Shown here: one piece after another, positions 1 to 9,334 of the stretch
Numbering within the stretch: position 1 is the stretch's first letter
How the letters are laid out: each line of letters starts with the position of its first letter
Source of the DNA: an uncultured Armatimonadetes bacterium
Lineage (GTDB): Bacteria > Armatimonadota > Hebobacteria > Hebobacterales > Hebobacteraceae
Assembly: GCA_963716175.1 (NCBI GenBank)
Contig: OY970296.1
Coordinates: 704,001-768,000 of the forward strand
Reading direction: 5' to 3'
Length of the DNA stretch: 64,000 nt
Notes under the pieces: generated by a model
What the model saw: only the letters and a program-made list of their open reading frames with translations
Told to the model about the DNA's origin: nothing
Databases searched by the model: none
Position numbers and translations under genes: made by a program

Positions 1-816
1 GTCCAGCGTGTTATCGCTCTTCACCAAGTCGCCGGAGCGGAAGTAGCTCCCGGACAGATACAGCTGCCGGTTCACCAGCGCGCCCACCTTGGCCGACCAG
101 GCGAGCCCGCTATCCGAGGCGACCACGCCCTTGTTGCCGTTCATCAGCGCGACGGAGTAAGTGGCCGCCCCGCGACCGACCGGCCCGCGGAAGTTGATGC
201 CCTCGTCATAGCCCGAGATGTGGGACACCGAGTTGGTGATGAGGATGCTCTCGACGGGGTTGTCGGTCCAGGTTTCCTGCCCGACGTCGATCTTGAACTT
301 GCCGATCCGCAACACGTGCCCGGGGGCGAAACCGCCCCAGTTGTTCAGATCCAGATAGAAGTAGTCGAACCCGTTCGATCCGGCCCGGTTGTTGCTGAAC
401 CGGTTGACAATGGTGACGTCCTTCGACGGCGAAAAGGTGAAGCGGAGCTTCGCGTCGGGGATGTCGAGGCTGCGGTTCGGGAAGCTCCCCTGGTCGCTCG
501 TCTTGAACGCGCCCGCGAAGAACCGCCCATCGATCTTGATCTTGGTATCCTTGTTTGCGGCCTCCACCACTTGCTGCGGGTTCTTCTCGGAGGCTTGCGC
601 CTTCTTCTCCAATTCATCGAGGCGCTTCTTGAGCTGATCGTAGTCGCCGAGGCGCTGCTTCAGCTCGTCGATCTGCTGCTGCAGATCGGGCTGCGCAGCA
701 GCGGCTGGGGCCGCTTGCGACGCCGCCGCTTCGCCCGTCGCCCGGTCCTGCGCCCGTGCTGTACCCACAAAGAACACCGCACAGGCGAGGACGACGCTCG
801 CGGTCAGTCGCTTCAT
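1..816 (-). CDS. Outer-membrane porin-like protein, probably phosphate-regulated (OprO/P-like); 3' end runs off the window
   Basis: Not in the ORF track. ATG at 816 with AAGGAG RBS; MKRLTASVVLACAVFFVGTARAQ signal peptide, coiled coil (LQQQIDELKQRL...), then amphipathic beta-strands (IKIDGRFFAG, LRIGKFKIDVG); frame open to position 1; lies downstream of phoB-phoR. Confidence 0.7.
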   Translation of the reverse strand, partial: MKRLTASVVLACAVFFVGTARAQDRATGEAAASQAAPAAAAQPDLQQQIDELKQRLGDYDQLKKRLDELEKKAQASEKNPQQVVEAANKDTKIKIDGRFFAGAFKTSDQGSFPNRSLDIPDAKLRFTFSPSKDVTIVNRFSNNRAGSNGFDYFYLDLNNWGGFAPGHVLRIGKFKIDVGQETWTDNPVESILITNSVSHISGYDEGINFRGPVGRGAATYSVALMNGNKGVVASDSGLAWSAKVGALVNRQLYLSGSYFRSGDLVKSDNTLD

Positions 817-861
817 GCACTCTCCTTTCGCTTCGGGTGCTGACCCTATGCTACCGGGAGA

Positions 862-923
862 AGGTTAAGGGAGGGCTAAGGGGCCTTGGGCAAGGGTTAG
901 GTGTGGGTTAAGGCTAGCTTAGG
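862..923 (-). promoter_or_regulatory. Pho-box-like direct repeat array
   Basis: GGTTAAG/GGCTAAG/GGTTAGG/GGTTAAG/GCTTAGG at 863, 874, 895, 906, 917 (11-bp periodicity; minus strand CTTAACC-like) upstream of the porin gene. Confidence 0.7.
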
Positions 924-976
924 GAAACACCCTAGAGGTGATGTGTAGACAGCACGGGATTCGCGGGGCTCGAAGG

Positions 977-2740
977 TCAAGGTCTGGGTGCTGGAAGCAC
1001 AACAGTGAAGCGGCTGCCTTTGCCAAGCTGGCTCTCCACGGAGACGCGGCCGCCATGGGCCTCCGTAAGGTGCTTGACAATAGAGAGGCCCAATCCGGTG
1101 CCGCCCAGCTCGCGCGAGCGCGCCTTGTCCACCCGGTAGAAACGCTCGAAGATGCGCTCCAGATCGGTGGACGGGATGCCTATGCCAGTGTCCCAGATGG
1201 TGATCGCCGCTTCGCTGTCGGAACGGGTTGCCGTCACACCAACACGGCCGCCCGCCTCCGTGTACTTGAGCGCGTTGTCCAGCAGGTTGCCGAGGAGGCG
1301 GTTGAGTGACGACCAATCGCAGAGCACGGTCAGGTCACCCGGGATGCTCAGTCCCACCGTCACCTGCCTCTGCTCCGCCAAGGAGCGCAGTTGGTCCACG
1401 ACCGCGCGTACCGCCTCAGAGACGGCCACCTCAGTTGCTGCGTGCTCGTGGGTGCCGGCCTCGATGGTGGCCAGGTCGAGCAGATCGCGCACCAGCGCTC
1501 CGAGCCGATCCGCTTGCCGCGCAAGATCGTGCAGGAAGCGGTCGGCAACCGCCGGGTCATCGCGGCCTCCGGAGAGCAGGGTCTCGGTCATGGCCTTGAT
1601 CGCGGTGATCGGGGTCTGCAGCTCATGGGAGGCGTTGGCGACGAACTCGCGCCGCACCGCCTCCAGCCGGCGCAGCTGGGTGACATCGTGGAGTATCGCC
1701 ACCGCGCCCAACGGCTCGTGCTGCGCGATCCCGGTCACGATGGCCTCGAGTATCCGCGGCTGTGGGAAAAGCACTCTCACCTCGACCGTCACCTGTTCGC
1801 CGCTCAAGGCGGCTTGGAATGCCTGATCCAGCGGGCTGCTCTTGGTCGCGTCCGCCAGGGTCAGTCCGCGGGCACTATCACAGGGCACGCCGAAGACCTG
1901 CTCGAAGGCTGGGTTGCAGAGGGTGATGCGACCGTTGGGGCCGGTGACGATGATCGCCTCGCCCATCCTCTCGAAGATGGTCTCGATCCTCTGCCTTTCC
2001 TCCCGAAGCTCGCGCACCGTGGCGCGGATGCGCGTTGCCATCTCGTTGAAGGTGGCAGCCAGGGAGGCGATCTCGTCTTTGCCGCGAGCAGGCACGCGGG
2101 CCTCCAGGTTGCCTGCTGCCAGACTGCCGGCAGCCCTGCTCAGCCGGCGAATCGCCCCTAGCGACCGGGAGGAGAAGGCCAGGCTGATCAGCAGAGACAG
2201 AGCAGCAGCGGCAGCAGCGACGACGATGAGCCTCGCCCGGATGCGGGACTCAGCCGCCGCCACCGAGCGCAGGGGCAGCGCCACTCGCACGATGCCCGAC
2301 AGGCCTCCATTGCGCCTGACCGGGATGGCGACGTACAGCATGTCAAGGCCGAGTGTGGCGCTGTGGCGAATGCTGCTGCCGGCGCCCGTCGCCACCGCCT
2401 GCTGCACCTCCGGCCGAGAGGCGTGATTCTCCATGGTCTCGGGGTTGTGCTCGCTGTCCGCCAATACCACCCCGCTGGGCGCGATCAGGGTGACCCGAAT
2501 GCCCACGCTCTTGGCCGCTCTGGCCGCGGCCGCTCGCATGTCGGTACCGCTCCCCGGCCGGGCGAGATCGGCGCCAAGCTCATCGCCAATCAAGGCCGCC
2601 TGGGCGCGTAGGCCGTCCTCGAGAGAGCCGACGTAGTGCCGGTCTATCTCGTGGCTGAGGTAGAGCCCCAGTGATCCCACCGCGACCAGCGCCACGAGCA
2701 GATAGCTCAGGAAGAGCTTCCAGGTTATGCTCACGCGCAC
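977..2740 (-). CDS. phoR: PhoR-type sensor histidine kinase (TM-Cache-TM-HAMP-PAS-HisKA-HATPase)
   Basis: H-box FVANASHELQTPITAI; FYRVDKARSRELGGTGLGLSIVKH; HAMP and PAS segments. Confidence 0.88.
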   Translation of the reverse strand: MRVSITWKLFLSYLLVALVAVGSLGLYLSHEIDRHYVGSLEDGLRAQAALIGDELGADLARPGSGTDMRAAAARAAKSVGIRVTLIAPSGVVLADSEHNPETMENHASRPEVQQAVATGAGSSIRHSATLGLDMLYVAIPVRRNGGLSGIVRVALPLRSVAAAESRIRARLIVVAAAAAALSLLISLAFSSRSLGAIRRLSRAAGSLAAGNLEARVPARGKDEIASLAATFNEMATRIRATVRELREERQRIETIFERMGEAIIVTGPNGRITLCNPAFEQVFGVPCDSARGLTLADATKSSPLDQAFQAALSGEQVTVEVRVLFPQPRILEAIVTGIAQHEPLGAVAILHDVTQLRRLEAVRREFVANASHELQTPITAIKAMTETLLSGGRDDPAVADRFLHDLARQADRLGALVRDLLDLATIEAGTHEHAATEVAVSEAVRAVVDQLRSLAEQRQVTVGLSIPGDLTVLCDWSSLNRLLGNLLDNALKYTEAGGRVGVTATRSDSEAAITIWDTGIGIPSTDLERIFERFYRVDKARSRELGGTGLGLSIVKHLTEAHGGRVSVESQLGKGSRFTVVLPAPRP

Positions 2741-2755
2741 TCCTGCTACCGCAGC

Positions 2756-3442
2756 TTACTTGGCGAAGCGATAGCCGATCCCCCTCACGGTCTCGATGTA
2801 CTGAGGATGGTCGGGGTCGGGCTCCAGCTTCCTGCGCAGCCACCGGATGTGGACGTCCACGGTGCGAGCATCAATGTACTCGTCGCTGCCCCAAGCCTCA
2901 TCCAGCAGTTGTTGGCGCGTCCGGGCGCGCCCCCGATGGAGGAGCAGCACGCGCAGCAGGCTCAGCTCTCTCGGGGCCAAGGGCACCGCCTTCCCGCCGA
3001 CCGTTACCGAAGGTGCCTCCAGGTCAACCGCCAGATGCCCATCGCTGAACGCCGGACGCTCCTGCGACCGTGCCAGCATCTCCTGGCGGCGAAGCGCCGC
3101 GCGCACCCGGGCGATCAGCTCGCGCATGCTGAACGGCTTGGTGACGTAATCGTCGGCCCCCACCTCCAGGCCGACGACTCGGTCCACCTCTTCCGCCTTG
3201 GCCGTAAGCATGATGATCGGAACTGACGAGCGCTGGCGCAGGATCCGGCATACGTCCAGCCCCCCCACGCCAGGCAGCATCAGGTCGAGGATCACCAGTT
3301 CCGGGTTGAATTCCTGGGCGAGGCCAAGCGCGGTCTCGCCGTTCGCCGCCGTCCGGGCCTGGAAGCCTTCTTGGCCCAGCGAGTAGGCAATCGAGTCGGC
3401 AATGGCGTTCTCGTCCTCGACGATGAGAATGCGCCGCCCCAT
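2756..3442 (-). CDS. phoB: OmpR/PhoB family response regulator
   Basis: MGRRILIVEDE, ILDLMLP, GADDYVTKPF, RTVDVHIRWLRRK, IETVRGIGYRF; start moved to ATG 3442. Confidence 0.88.
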   Translation of the reverse strand: MGRRILIVEDENAIADSIAYSLGQEGFQARTAANGETALGLAQEFNPELVILDLMLPGVGGLDVCRILRQRSSVPIIMLTAKAEEVDRVVGLEVGADDYVTKPFSMRELIARVRAALRRQEMLARSQERPAFSDGHLAVDLEAPSVTVGGKAVPLAPRELSLLRVLLLHRGRARTRQQLLDEAWGSDEYIDARTVDVHIRWLRRKLEPDPDHPQYIETVRGIGYRFAK

Positions 3443-3613
3443 GTCTGGTGGATTCCGCAGAGAGCGGCTTTCTCCCGCCTCCGGTCGGGCCCACAGCACG
3501 GAAATGCACCTGAGACAGGCTACCCGGCGGAGCGGGGCAAGAGCTGGGGGCGAGACGACCAAGTTGCCCAGGAGAGGCCGAAGGGAGCGTGATGACTAAC
3601 GGAAGCTCGCGTG

Positions 3614-3940
3614 TCACGAGCGCGGTGATACTTTCCGCTTCAAGTAGACCTGGTTTGTCATGCCCGGCACTGAGAAATCCGGGTTCGCCACGAACCCGGC
3701 CCGCTGAAGCAGCACCTGCATCCGGCGATTCGTGACGGCGGTATTCGTCCACACCTCCTGGTAGCCGGATCGAGCGATTCCCTCCATGAGCGATACCATG
3801 AGCGCCCGCGCAGCCGCCGCACTCCGCGCCTCGGGTTGCACGTACAGGTCCACGACGTAGGGGTGCTCCCCGTTTCTGTACCACCTGGAATGAGACTTCT
3901 TCGGCTCAAGACAGTAAGCGCATGTTTGCTGACCGCCGGG
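3614..3940 (-). pseudogene. GNAT acetyltransferase C-terminal fragment
   Basis: YVVDLYVQPEAR...NRRMQVLLQRAGF resembles GNAT motifs A/B; in-frame TGA upstream and no good start. Confidence 0.5.
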
Positions 3941-4063
3941 TCAGCGCCGCGGCCGAGGCCCGCGCGAAGTCATCCGGCGCCAGGTTCCCGAGCGCGCTGT
4001 GCGGCCGCCAAGCAGAGGGGGAATCCATCTTCGGTCATTCCGGACGCGCTGACCGGCGCGCGG

Positions 4064-4948
4064 CTAGACGTGAGCCTTCAGAAACGCCAGCACACGGTCG
4101 AGCACCCTCTCCACCACCTCGTCGTCGGCGGCATCGAAGCCGTGCTCCCCGCCTGGGATCGTGATCAGCTCGTGCTCGATCCCGGCCTCTGCCAGCGCCT
4201 TCGCCATCATCACCGACTGCTCACAAGGAACGTCCGTGTCGTCGCTTCCGTGGAGTAGCTGCGTCGGCGGGTAGTCATCCGTCACATTCCGCACCGGGCA
4301 GAACCGCTCGAACGCCTCCGGCTCCGTGTCCGGGTCGCAGCCAACCACCTCCCTGGGCCAGAGGCCCTGCTGCCGGCAGTAGAGGTAGAAACGTCCCCTC
4401 TCCGTCTCCCCGGCGGCCTCGCAGATCACATCATCGCCCACCGACGCGTACGCCTCCGCCGCCGTCACCACCGGTTGCCGGCAGTAGAACGGATCGGGCC
4501 GGCTGTACCATTCGCCGGCGATGTCCCCGTACCCGTAGAACGACACCAGCGCCCTCGGCCGCGGTCGAACCAGAAGCCCGGCCATCAGCGCGAGGTACCC
4601 GCCCGCTGAGTGGCCCACCACCGCGATCCGCCGCTCATCGGCCCCGAACAACCGGGGCCCAGTCACCCGCACCCACCGGCACGCGTCTCCTAGATCCTCG
4701 ACGATCTCCGGCAGCTTCGTCTCCGGTGCCAGCCGGTAGTCGATCGCGACCACTTGATATCCCGCCCTCAGGTACAGGTCGCGCTGGCGTTCCCGAATGC
4801 CCGCTCGCGATCCCATGATGAGCGCACCACCGTGGACCCAAAGGATGACCGGGCGGCGATCTGGCGTCGCCGGCCCCCAGACGTCCGCCTTGATCTGGCA
4901 GCCATGTACGGTCTTGTAGACGAAGGTCCTTGGACTGCTGCTGGTCAC
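4064..4948 (-). CDS. Alpha/beta hydrolase (HSL-like esterase)
   Basis: HGGAL oxyanion motif, GHSAGG nucleophile, HGSDDTDV, GGEHGF; GTG 4948 with GAGGAG RBS. Confidence 0.9.
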   Translation of the reverse strand: MTSSSPRTFVYKTVHGCQIKADVWGPATPDRRPVILWVHGGALIMGSRAGIRERQRDLYLRAGYQVVAIDYRLAPETKLPEIVEDLGDACRWVRVTGPRLFGADERRIAVVGHSAGGYLALMAGLLVRPRPRALVSFYGYGDIAGEWYSRPDPFYCRQPVVTAAEAYASVGDDVICEAAGETERGRFYLYCRQQGLWPREVVGCDPDTEPEAFERFCPVRNVTDDYPPTQLLHGSDDTDVPCEQSVMMAKALAEAGIEHELITIPGGEHGFDAADDEVVERVLDRVLAFLKAHV

Positions 4949-5306
4949 GAGTCTCCTCTCAACAGCACTTCCTGGCCCGTCGGCACGGTCGCGCAGCGCC
5001 CCGCGGATGTAACACGCAGTCGGCAGTAACAGGATTGGACCCCTGGGCGCCTGACCTTCGTCTGTTCCGCAGCAATCGGGCAGCGCCTTCTGCTGGGCAA
5101 GCTTGCCTGCGCCTCTCCTGTCTGTCTCGGGCAGAGAGCGCGCGCCGCGGCCAGCCATGTGGGCCAAGCGGCTGTTGGCAGGTGGTTCCATAGATGCGAG
5201 TTGCACCGCACCCCATGTCTTGCAGGATGGCACCTGGCCTGCGCGTAATCGTCTCCAGGAAGCGCAGAGGTAGTCCGCGTCGAGGCGCGAAGGGAGAAGC
5301 CGCGAC

Positions 5307-6269
5307 ATGACCAGCGGGTTGGACTCGCGATCCCGCGTGCTCCGCGCGGTCAGCCATCGTGAGGTTGACCGCGTCCCGTGTTTCTTCACGGCCGAGGATG
5401 ATGTGTGGGCCATGGTGATGGCGCACTTCGGGCTGCGAGACCGGGTAGAGGTGATCCGTCACTTCGGCGGTGACACGATCCAGGTGACTTGCTACCGGCC
5501 GACCGCCGACCTCAGCGGTGTCGAGACCATTGATGACCTGGTGCGGGTCCCCTGGCCAGGCGTGGAGGCGGTGGACATCGACGGCTATGCGAACCGAGCG
5601 CGGGCGGCGCGCAAGACTGGGCTGGCAGTGTTGGGCGGCACGTGGGCGAGCATCTTCACTCACGCACGCCGCAGCATGGGGGAGGAGAAGTACCTCATGG
5701 CGATGCTCGACCAGCCCGAGCTGATCGCCCGCATTGTGGCGAATGAAGCGGAGTCCTACCTGGCTATCAATGAAGCGATCTTCAGCCGGTGCTCAGATTG
5801 TCTGGACATCTGCTACTTCGGTAGCGACCTGGGAGCGCAGAGATCCCTGTTCATCAGCCGCGATCTGATCCGTCAGTTCTTCGTGCCTCACCTCAGGCGC
5901 CTCACCCAGCAGGCGAAGAGCTACGGACTCAAGGTGATGTACCACACCTGTGGCGCCATAGCCGAGATCGTGCCGGATCTGATCGAGTGCGGCATTGATG
6001 CCCTCGACCCGGTGCAGGTGTCTGCCGCAGGGATGGACCCCGCCGCCCTCGCCTGGCGATTCAAGGGTCAGGTTGCCTTCCATGGCGGCGTAAGCACCCA
6101 AACCCTCCTGCCCTTCGCCACACCTGACCAAGTGCGCGAAGAAGTCAAGCGCACCATCGCTGACCTCGGCCCCAGCGGCTACGTCTGCGGGCCGGACCAG
6201 TCAATGATGGCAGATATCCCGATCGACAACATGACAGCGATGTATGAGGCGGCAAGGGCCAGCGGCTAG
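5307..6269 (+). CDS. Uroporphyrinogen decarboxylase/MtaA-like family protein
   Basis: HREVDRVP, GSDLG, YHTCG, DPVQ, FHGGVSTQ motifs. Confidence 0.85.
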   Translation: MTSGLDSRSRVLRAVSHREVDRVPCFFTAEDDVWAMVMAHFGLRDRVEVIRHFGGDTIQVTCYRPTADLSGVETIDDLVRVPWPGVEAVDIDGYANRARAARKTGLAVLGGTWASIFTHARRSMGEEKYLMAMLDQPELIARIVANEAESYLAINEAIFSRCSDCLDICYFGSDLGAQRSLFISRDLIRQFFVPHLRRLTQQAKSYGLKVMYHTCGAIAEIVPDLIECGIDALDPVQVSAAGMDPAALAWRFKGQVAFHGGVSTQTLLPFATPDQVREEVKRTIADLGPSGYVCGPDQSMMADIPIDNMTAMYEAARASG

Positions 6270-6339
6270 AGACCAGAGATCAGGGTTGGGGTTCGGTGCT
6301 ACAGCCCGGTTGCAGAGAGGTGGTTCGGTCCCATTCAAG

Positions 6340-6407
6340 GGATCCTTGGGCTCGGCCGCCGATAGCCGGTGCGGCCCCGCGATCTGTCTGGTCACGCTCT
6401 GACTCAT
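6340..6407 (-). pseudogene. Truncated DUF2924-like gene start
   Basis: GGAGGG RBS; MSQSVTRQIAGPHRLSAAEPKD resembles DUF2924 N-termini, then degenerates. Confidence 0.4.
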
Positions 6408-6447
6408 CCGATGTCCCTCCTCCTGGACGGGGACGGCTAAGCCCGCC

Positions 6448-6645
6448 TCAGGCGGGCCGCCGTGGCGGCCGGAGGCCTAGCCATTCGAGACATTCATCGC
6501 TTGGCTGCCGGAGAACATCAGGAAGTATCTCTCTGCCGTCCACCTCCTTGAGCCGGAGCCGGAGGAAGCCGGTGGCGAGGATGGCGACCACTTCGGCGCG
6601 TCGGGCCGCTGGGCTCATCAGAGCGGGGTCCAGTGGGTTGTGCAC
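6448..6645 (-). CDS. Small protein typical of DUF2924/serine-recombinase modules
   Basis: MHNPLDPALMSPAARRAEVVAILATGFLRLRL; GGAGAG RBS; followed by a DUF2924-like start. Confidence 0.6.
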   Translation of the reverse strand: MHNPLDPALMSPAARRAEVVAILATGFLRLRLKEVDGREILPDVLRQPSDECLEWLGLRPPRRPA

Positions 6646-6840
6646 AGGCGCTCTCCTTGCTCCGATGCTGGGCGCGAAACGCCCCCACTGGATGACATAC
6701 CGGAAGGAGTTCGAAAGTGTCGGGGCACCCCCCAGGCATCAACCTCGGGGGTGCGGAAAGGCCTCGCAGAACAGCGAAAAGAGATGTTACCTTAGCCTCT
6801 GAATCTGTGTCCTTGTAGTTGCGGGACGAGCGAGGAACAG

Positions 6841-8325
6841 ATGGCGCTCACGGATGGGGAACTCGTCGAACGCGTGCGAAGCGGCGACCGGGAGGCATTC
6901 GGGGACCTGGTCGGCCGCTACCGCGACATGGTCTATGGGCTCGGATACCACCTGACCCACGATTTCGAAGCGGCCCGAGACCTGGCCCAGGAGGCCTTCG
7001 TGCAGGCCTACCTCAAGCTCGGCCAACTCCGTGACCCGGCCAAGTTTTCGGGCTGGCTTCGGCAGATCGCGACGAACGTCCACCGCACTCACCAGCGCCG
7101 CAGGGAGGTAGCGACCGTGACCCTGGATGAAGCAGGGGCAGTGCCCGATGCCCGGCAGCCGTCCGAGATCGAGGTGGTGGTGCGGGATGCCCTGGCCCGG
7201 CTGCGCGAGCCCGAGCGGCTTGCCCTCACGCTCCATTATGTGAATGGCTACTCGCACGCGGAGATTGCGGGGTTTCTGGGCGTCCGGCCGGAGACCGTGA
7301 AGACGCGCCTCGCCCGTGCCCGCCAACACTTGAGGACGGAGGTAATGGCGATGGTGGAGGAGACTTTCCGAGCGAAGTCGCTGGGCGAGGCATTCCAGAA
7401 AGACGTGGTCGGGACGGTTCGCGAGCTCGCGGGAGATCTCAGGCGGGGCTTGCCGCCGGAGCTACCGAAACTGGGAGAGATGGTGACAGAGCACTGGCGA
7501 GGACTGCTCGCAGAAGTGCGGGAGGGGTTGCCGCAGCAGTTAGCGAAGCGCGCTGCGGCCGGCGAGGCGATCAAGGTACAGGAACTGGCCCAGGCGTTGA
7601 GAGAGAAACTCGCGCTCGCTGCGCAGTGGCTGTGGCTGGACCGCATCATCTTTCACCTGCTCACTCACACCTCCGAGCTGACAGATACTACATGGGTGGG
7701 TCTGGGGCGGCATCCCAAGGGGGAGCGGCTGCTCCAGCTCTGGGGCCAAGCGGACCCGCAAGCGGGAGGTATGCGCGCCGCGACGTTCCCTGCGCGGGCG
7801 CGGCGATATCAAGTCTCAGTTGACATGCCCCGCGGGTCTGCGCCCACGTCCCGAGAGGCGCTGCGAGCAAGGCTGGTGGAGGACGTGCGCCACACTGTGG
7901 CCGGACTGCGCGCGGGGATGAGTGCACAGCTTCCGGTGTCAGCGCCAGAACTCTACGCCGAAGTCCAGAATCAGTTCGAGAGGCTAGCGGTGGCTTGGAT
8001 GGAGTCACTTGCCGAGGAGGATAGAGGGCGACTGGAGGCAGGCGAGCGTGTTCCTTTCGCCGAGCTGAGCGGACGTGCGCAGCAGGCACTGCGCGAGTTG
8101 GCAGATGTGGACTGGCTGCGAAGTGTCGCCGCACGGATCGCGGTTGCACCAGAGTGGGAAAGCAAGCCGATGGAGTGCCAGATCACGTTCGAGGCGAGGG
8201 AGGAACGGACGGGGCAGCCGGGGGCAAAGCTGGAGTGTGCGGGCGGATTCATCATCATGGGTGCACAAGGTGTATCGGCAGAATCTGCAGGCGATCCGAA
8301 GGAGCTGAAGGCGGTGAATGAATAG
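6841..8325 (+). CDS. ECF sigma-70 factor with ~320-aa C-terminal extension
   Basis: Region 2 (DLAQEAFVQAY, FSGWLRQIATN) and region 4 (GYSHAEIAGFLGVRPETVKTRLARAR). Confidence 0.88.
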   Translation: MALTDGELVERVRSGDREAFGDLVGRYRDMVYGLGYHLTHDFEAARDLAQEAFVQAYLKLGQLRDPAKFSGWLRQIATNVHRTHQRRREVATVTLDEAGAVPDARQPSEIEVVVRDALARLREPERLALTLHYVNGYSHAEIAGFLGVRPETVKTRLARARQHLRTEVMAMVEETFRAKSLGEAFQKDVVGTVRELAGDLRRGLPPELPKLGEMVTEHWRGLLAEVREGLPQQLAKRAAAGEAIKVQELAQALREKLALAAQWLWLDRIIFHLLTHTSELTDTTWVGLGRHPKGERLLQLWGQADPQAGGMRAATFPARARRYQVSVDMPRGSAPTSREALRARLVEDVRHTVAGLRAGMSAQLPVSAPELYAEVQNQFERLAVAWMESLAEEDRGRLEAGERVPFAELSGRAQQALRELADVDWLRSVAARIAVAPEWESKPMECQITFEAREERTGQPGAKLECAGGFIIMGAQGVSAESAGDPKELKAVNE

Positions 8326-8357
8326 GAGGGAGCGCGGCCGGCGAGGCGGTAGCGAGT

Positions 8358-8513
8358 CAGGACGTCCGTGTCCTCATGCGCCCGCGTGGTCCTGCCCACG
8401 AACAGGTCGAGCGCCCACCCGCCGGCTATCCACCAGGGGACGGAGATGGCCTCGAAGACCGTGGCAACTTCTTCTAGCGACAGCGGCGACCAGTTGTGAG
8501 GATCGAGGTTCAT
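8358..8513 (-). pseudogene. N-terminal fragment of ANT(2'')/Lnu-like nucleotidyltransferase
   Basis: WWIAGGWALDLFVGRTTRAHEDTD nucleotidyltransferase motif; similarity ends after ~52 aa and the ORF runs antisense into the sigma gene. Confidence 0.7.
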
Positions 8514-8611
8514 GGCCAGGCACTCTGCGACAGCTCCTCGCTGACTAGCGCGAGGATGGGTCCGGTGGAGCGCGTTACAGTGCAGCCGTGCGCCAGGTCA
8601 GGCCCGCAGGG

Positions 8612-9334
8612 TCAGCAAGGCTTGCCGGCTACCACTATCAACGGGCCGGAGAAGTAGGCGCCGTCGTCCTCATCCCTCTCGTCCAGTTCCCAGTGCAGCA
8701 CGCTGAGCCCTGCATTCCCGATCTCGGAGAGCACCTCCTCCGGAAGCTTGAGGTGGAAGTACGGTAGCCCATGCCTGATGAGGAGGCCAGACCCGGGTTC
8801 GAAGTAGCTCTCCCCCGCGGTGCTGGAGGGTTCTACCGCCTCCGTGCTGCGACCACTGGTCCATACGTAGAAGCGCCCGCCTGGCTTCAGCACGCGGTAC
8901 GCGTTCGCCAGACAGTCGGGGCGGTCGTCCCCGATGACCCAGTGGAGGCACGCGACGGCAACGATCGCGTCGAAGGAGTCGTCCGCGAAATCGCGGAGGT
9001 TCACCATATTGCCCACCTGGAAGTGGACGGCGAGGCCGCTCTTCGCCGCCTTCTGCTTCGCCCAGGTGATCGCCGCCTCGCTGATGTCCACGCCGTGGAT
9101 CTCATCGAACAGACCCCTGGGGGCCAGCAGCAGCGAGAGGTCGCCAGCGCCGCATCCGATCTCCAGCATCCGTCCACCGCGCGGTCCGTACTGCCGCACC
9201 AGCCGCTCCAGCCGGTCGGCCGCCTCGTCCATCCTGTCCGGGATGTGCGCCCATCCAACCCCACCCCGCGCTTCGCTGTCGCGGTAGTGGTCGTCAACCC
9301 AGGCCTCTGACCGTTGCTCGTAGTCCATCCTCAT
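8612..9334 (-). CDS. Class I SAM-dependent methyltransferase
   Basis: LEIGCGAG, GVDIS, DDSFD, RVLKPGG; start may be 9328. Confidence 0.9.
   Translation of the reverse strand: MRMDYEQRSEAWVDDHYRDSEARGGVGWAHIPDRMDEAADRLERLVRQYGPRGGRMLEIGCGAGDLSLLLAPRGLFDEIHGVDISEAAITWAKQKAAKSGLAVHFQVGNMVNLRDFADDSFDAIVAVACLHWVIGDDRPDCLANAYRVLKPGGRFYVWTSGRSTEAVEPSSTAGESYFEPGSGLLIRHGLPYFHLKLPEEVLSEIGNAGLSVLHWELDERDEDDGAYFSGPLIVVAGKPC

Noticed and set aside
3940-3945. In-frame TGA upstream of the GNAT fragment as possible selenocysteine
   Set aside because: Not a Cys-equivalent catalytic position; no convincing upstream frame or start
6786-6811. GTTACC-N16-TGTC possible ECF autoregulatory promoter
   Set aside because: Short degenerate match with no second instance to support it
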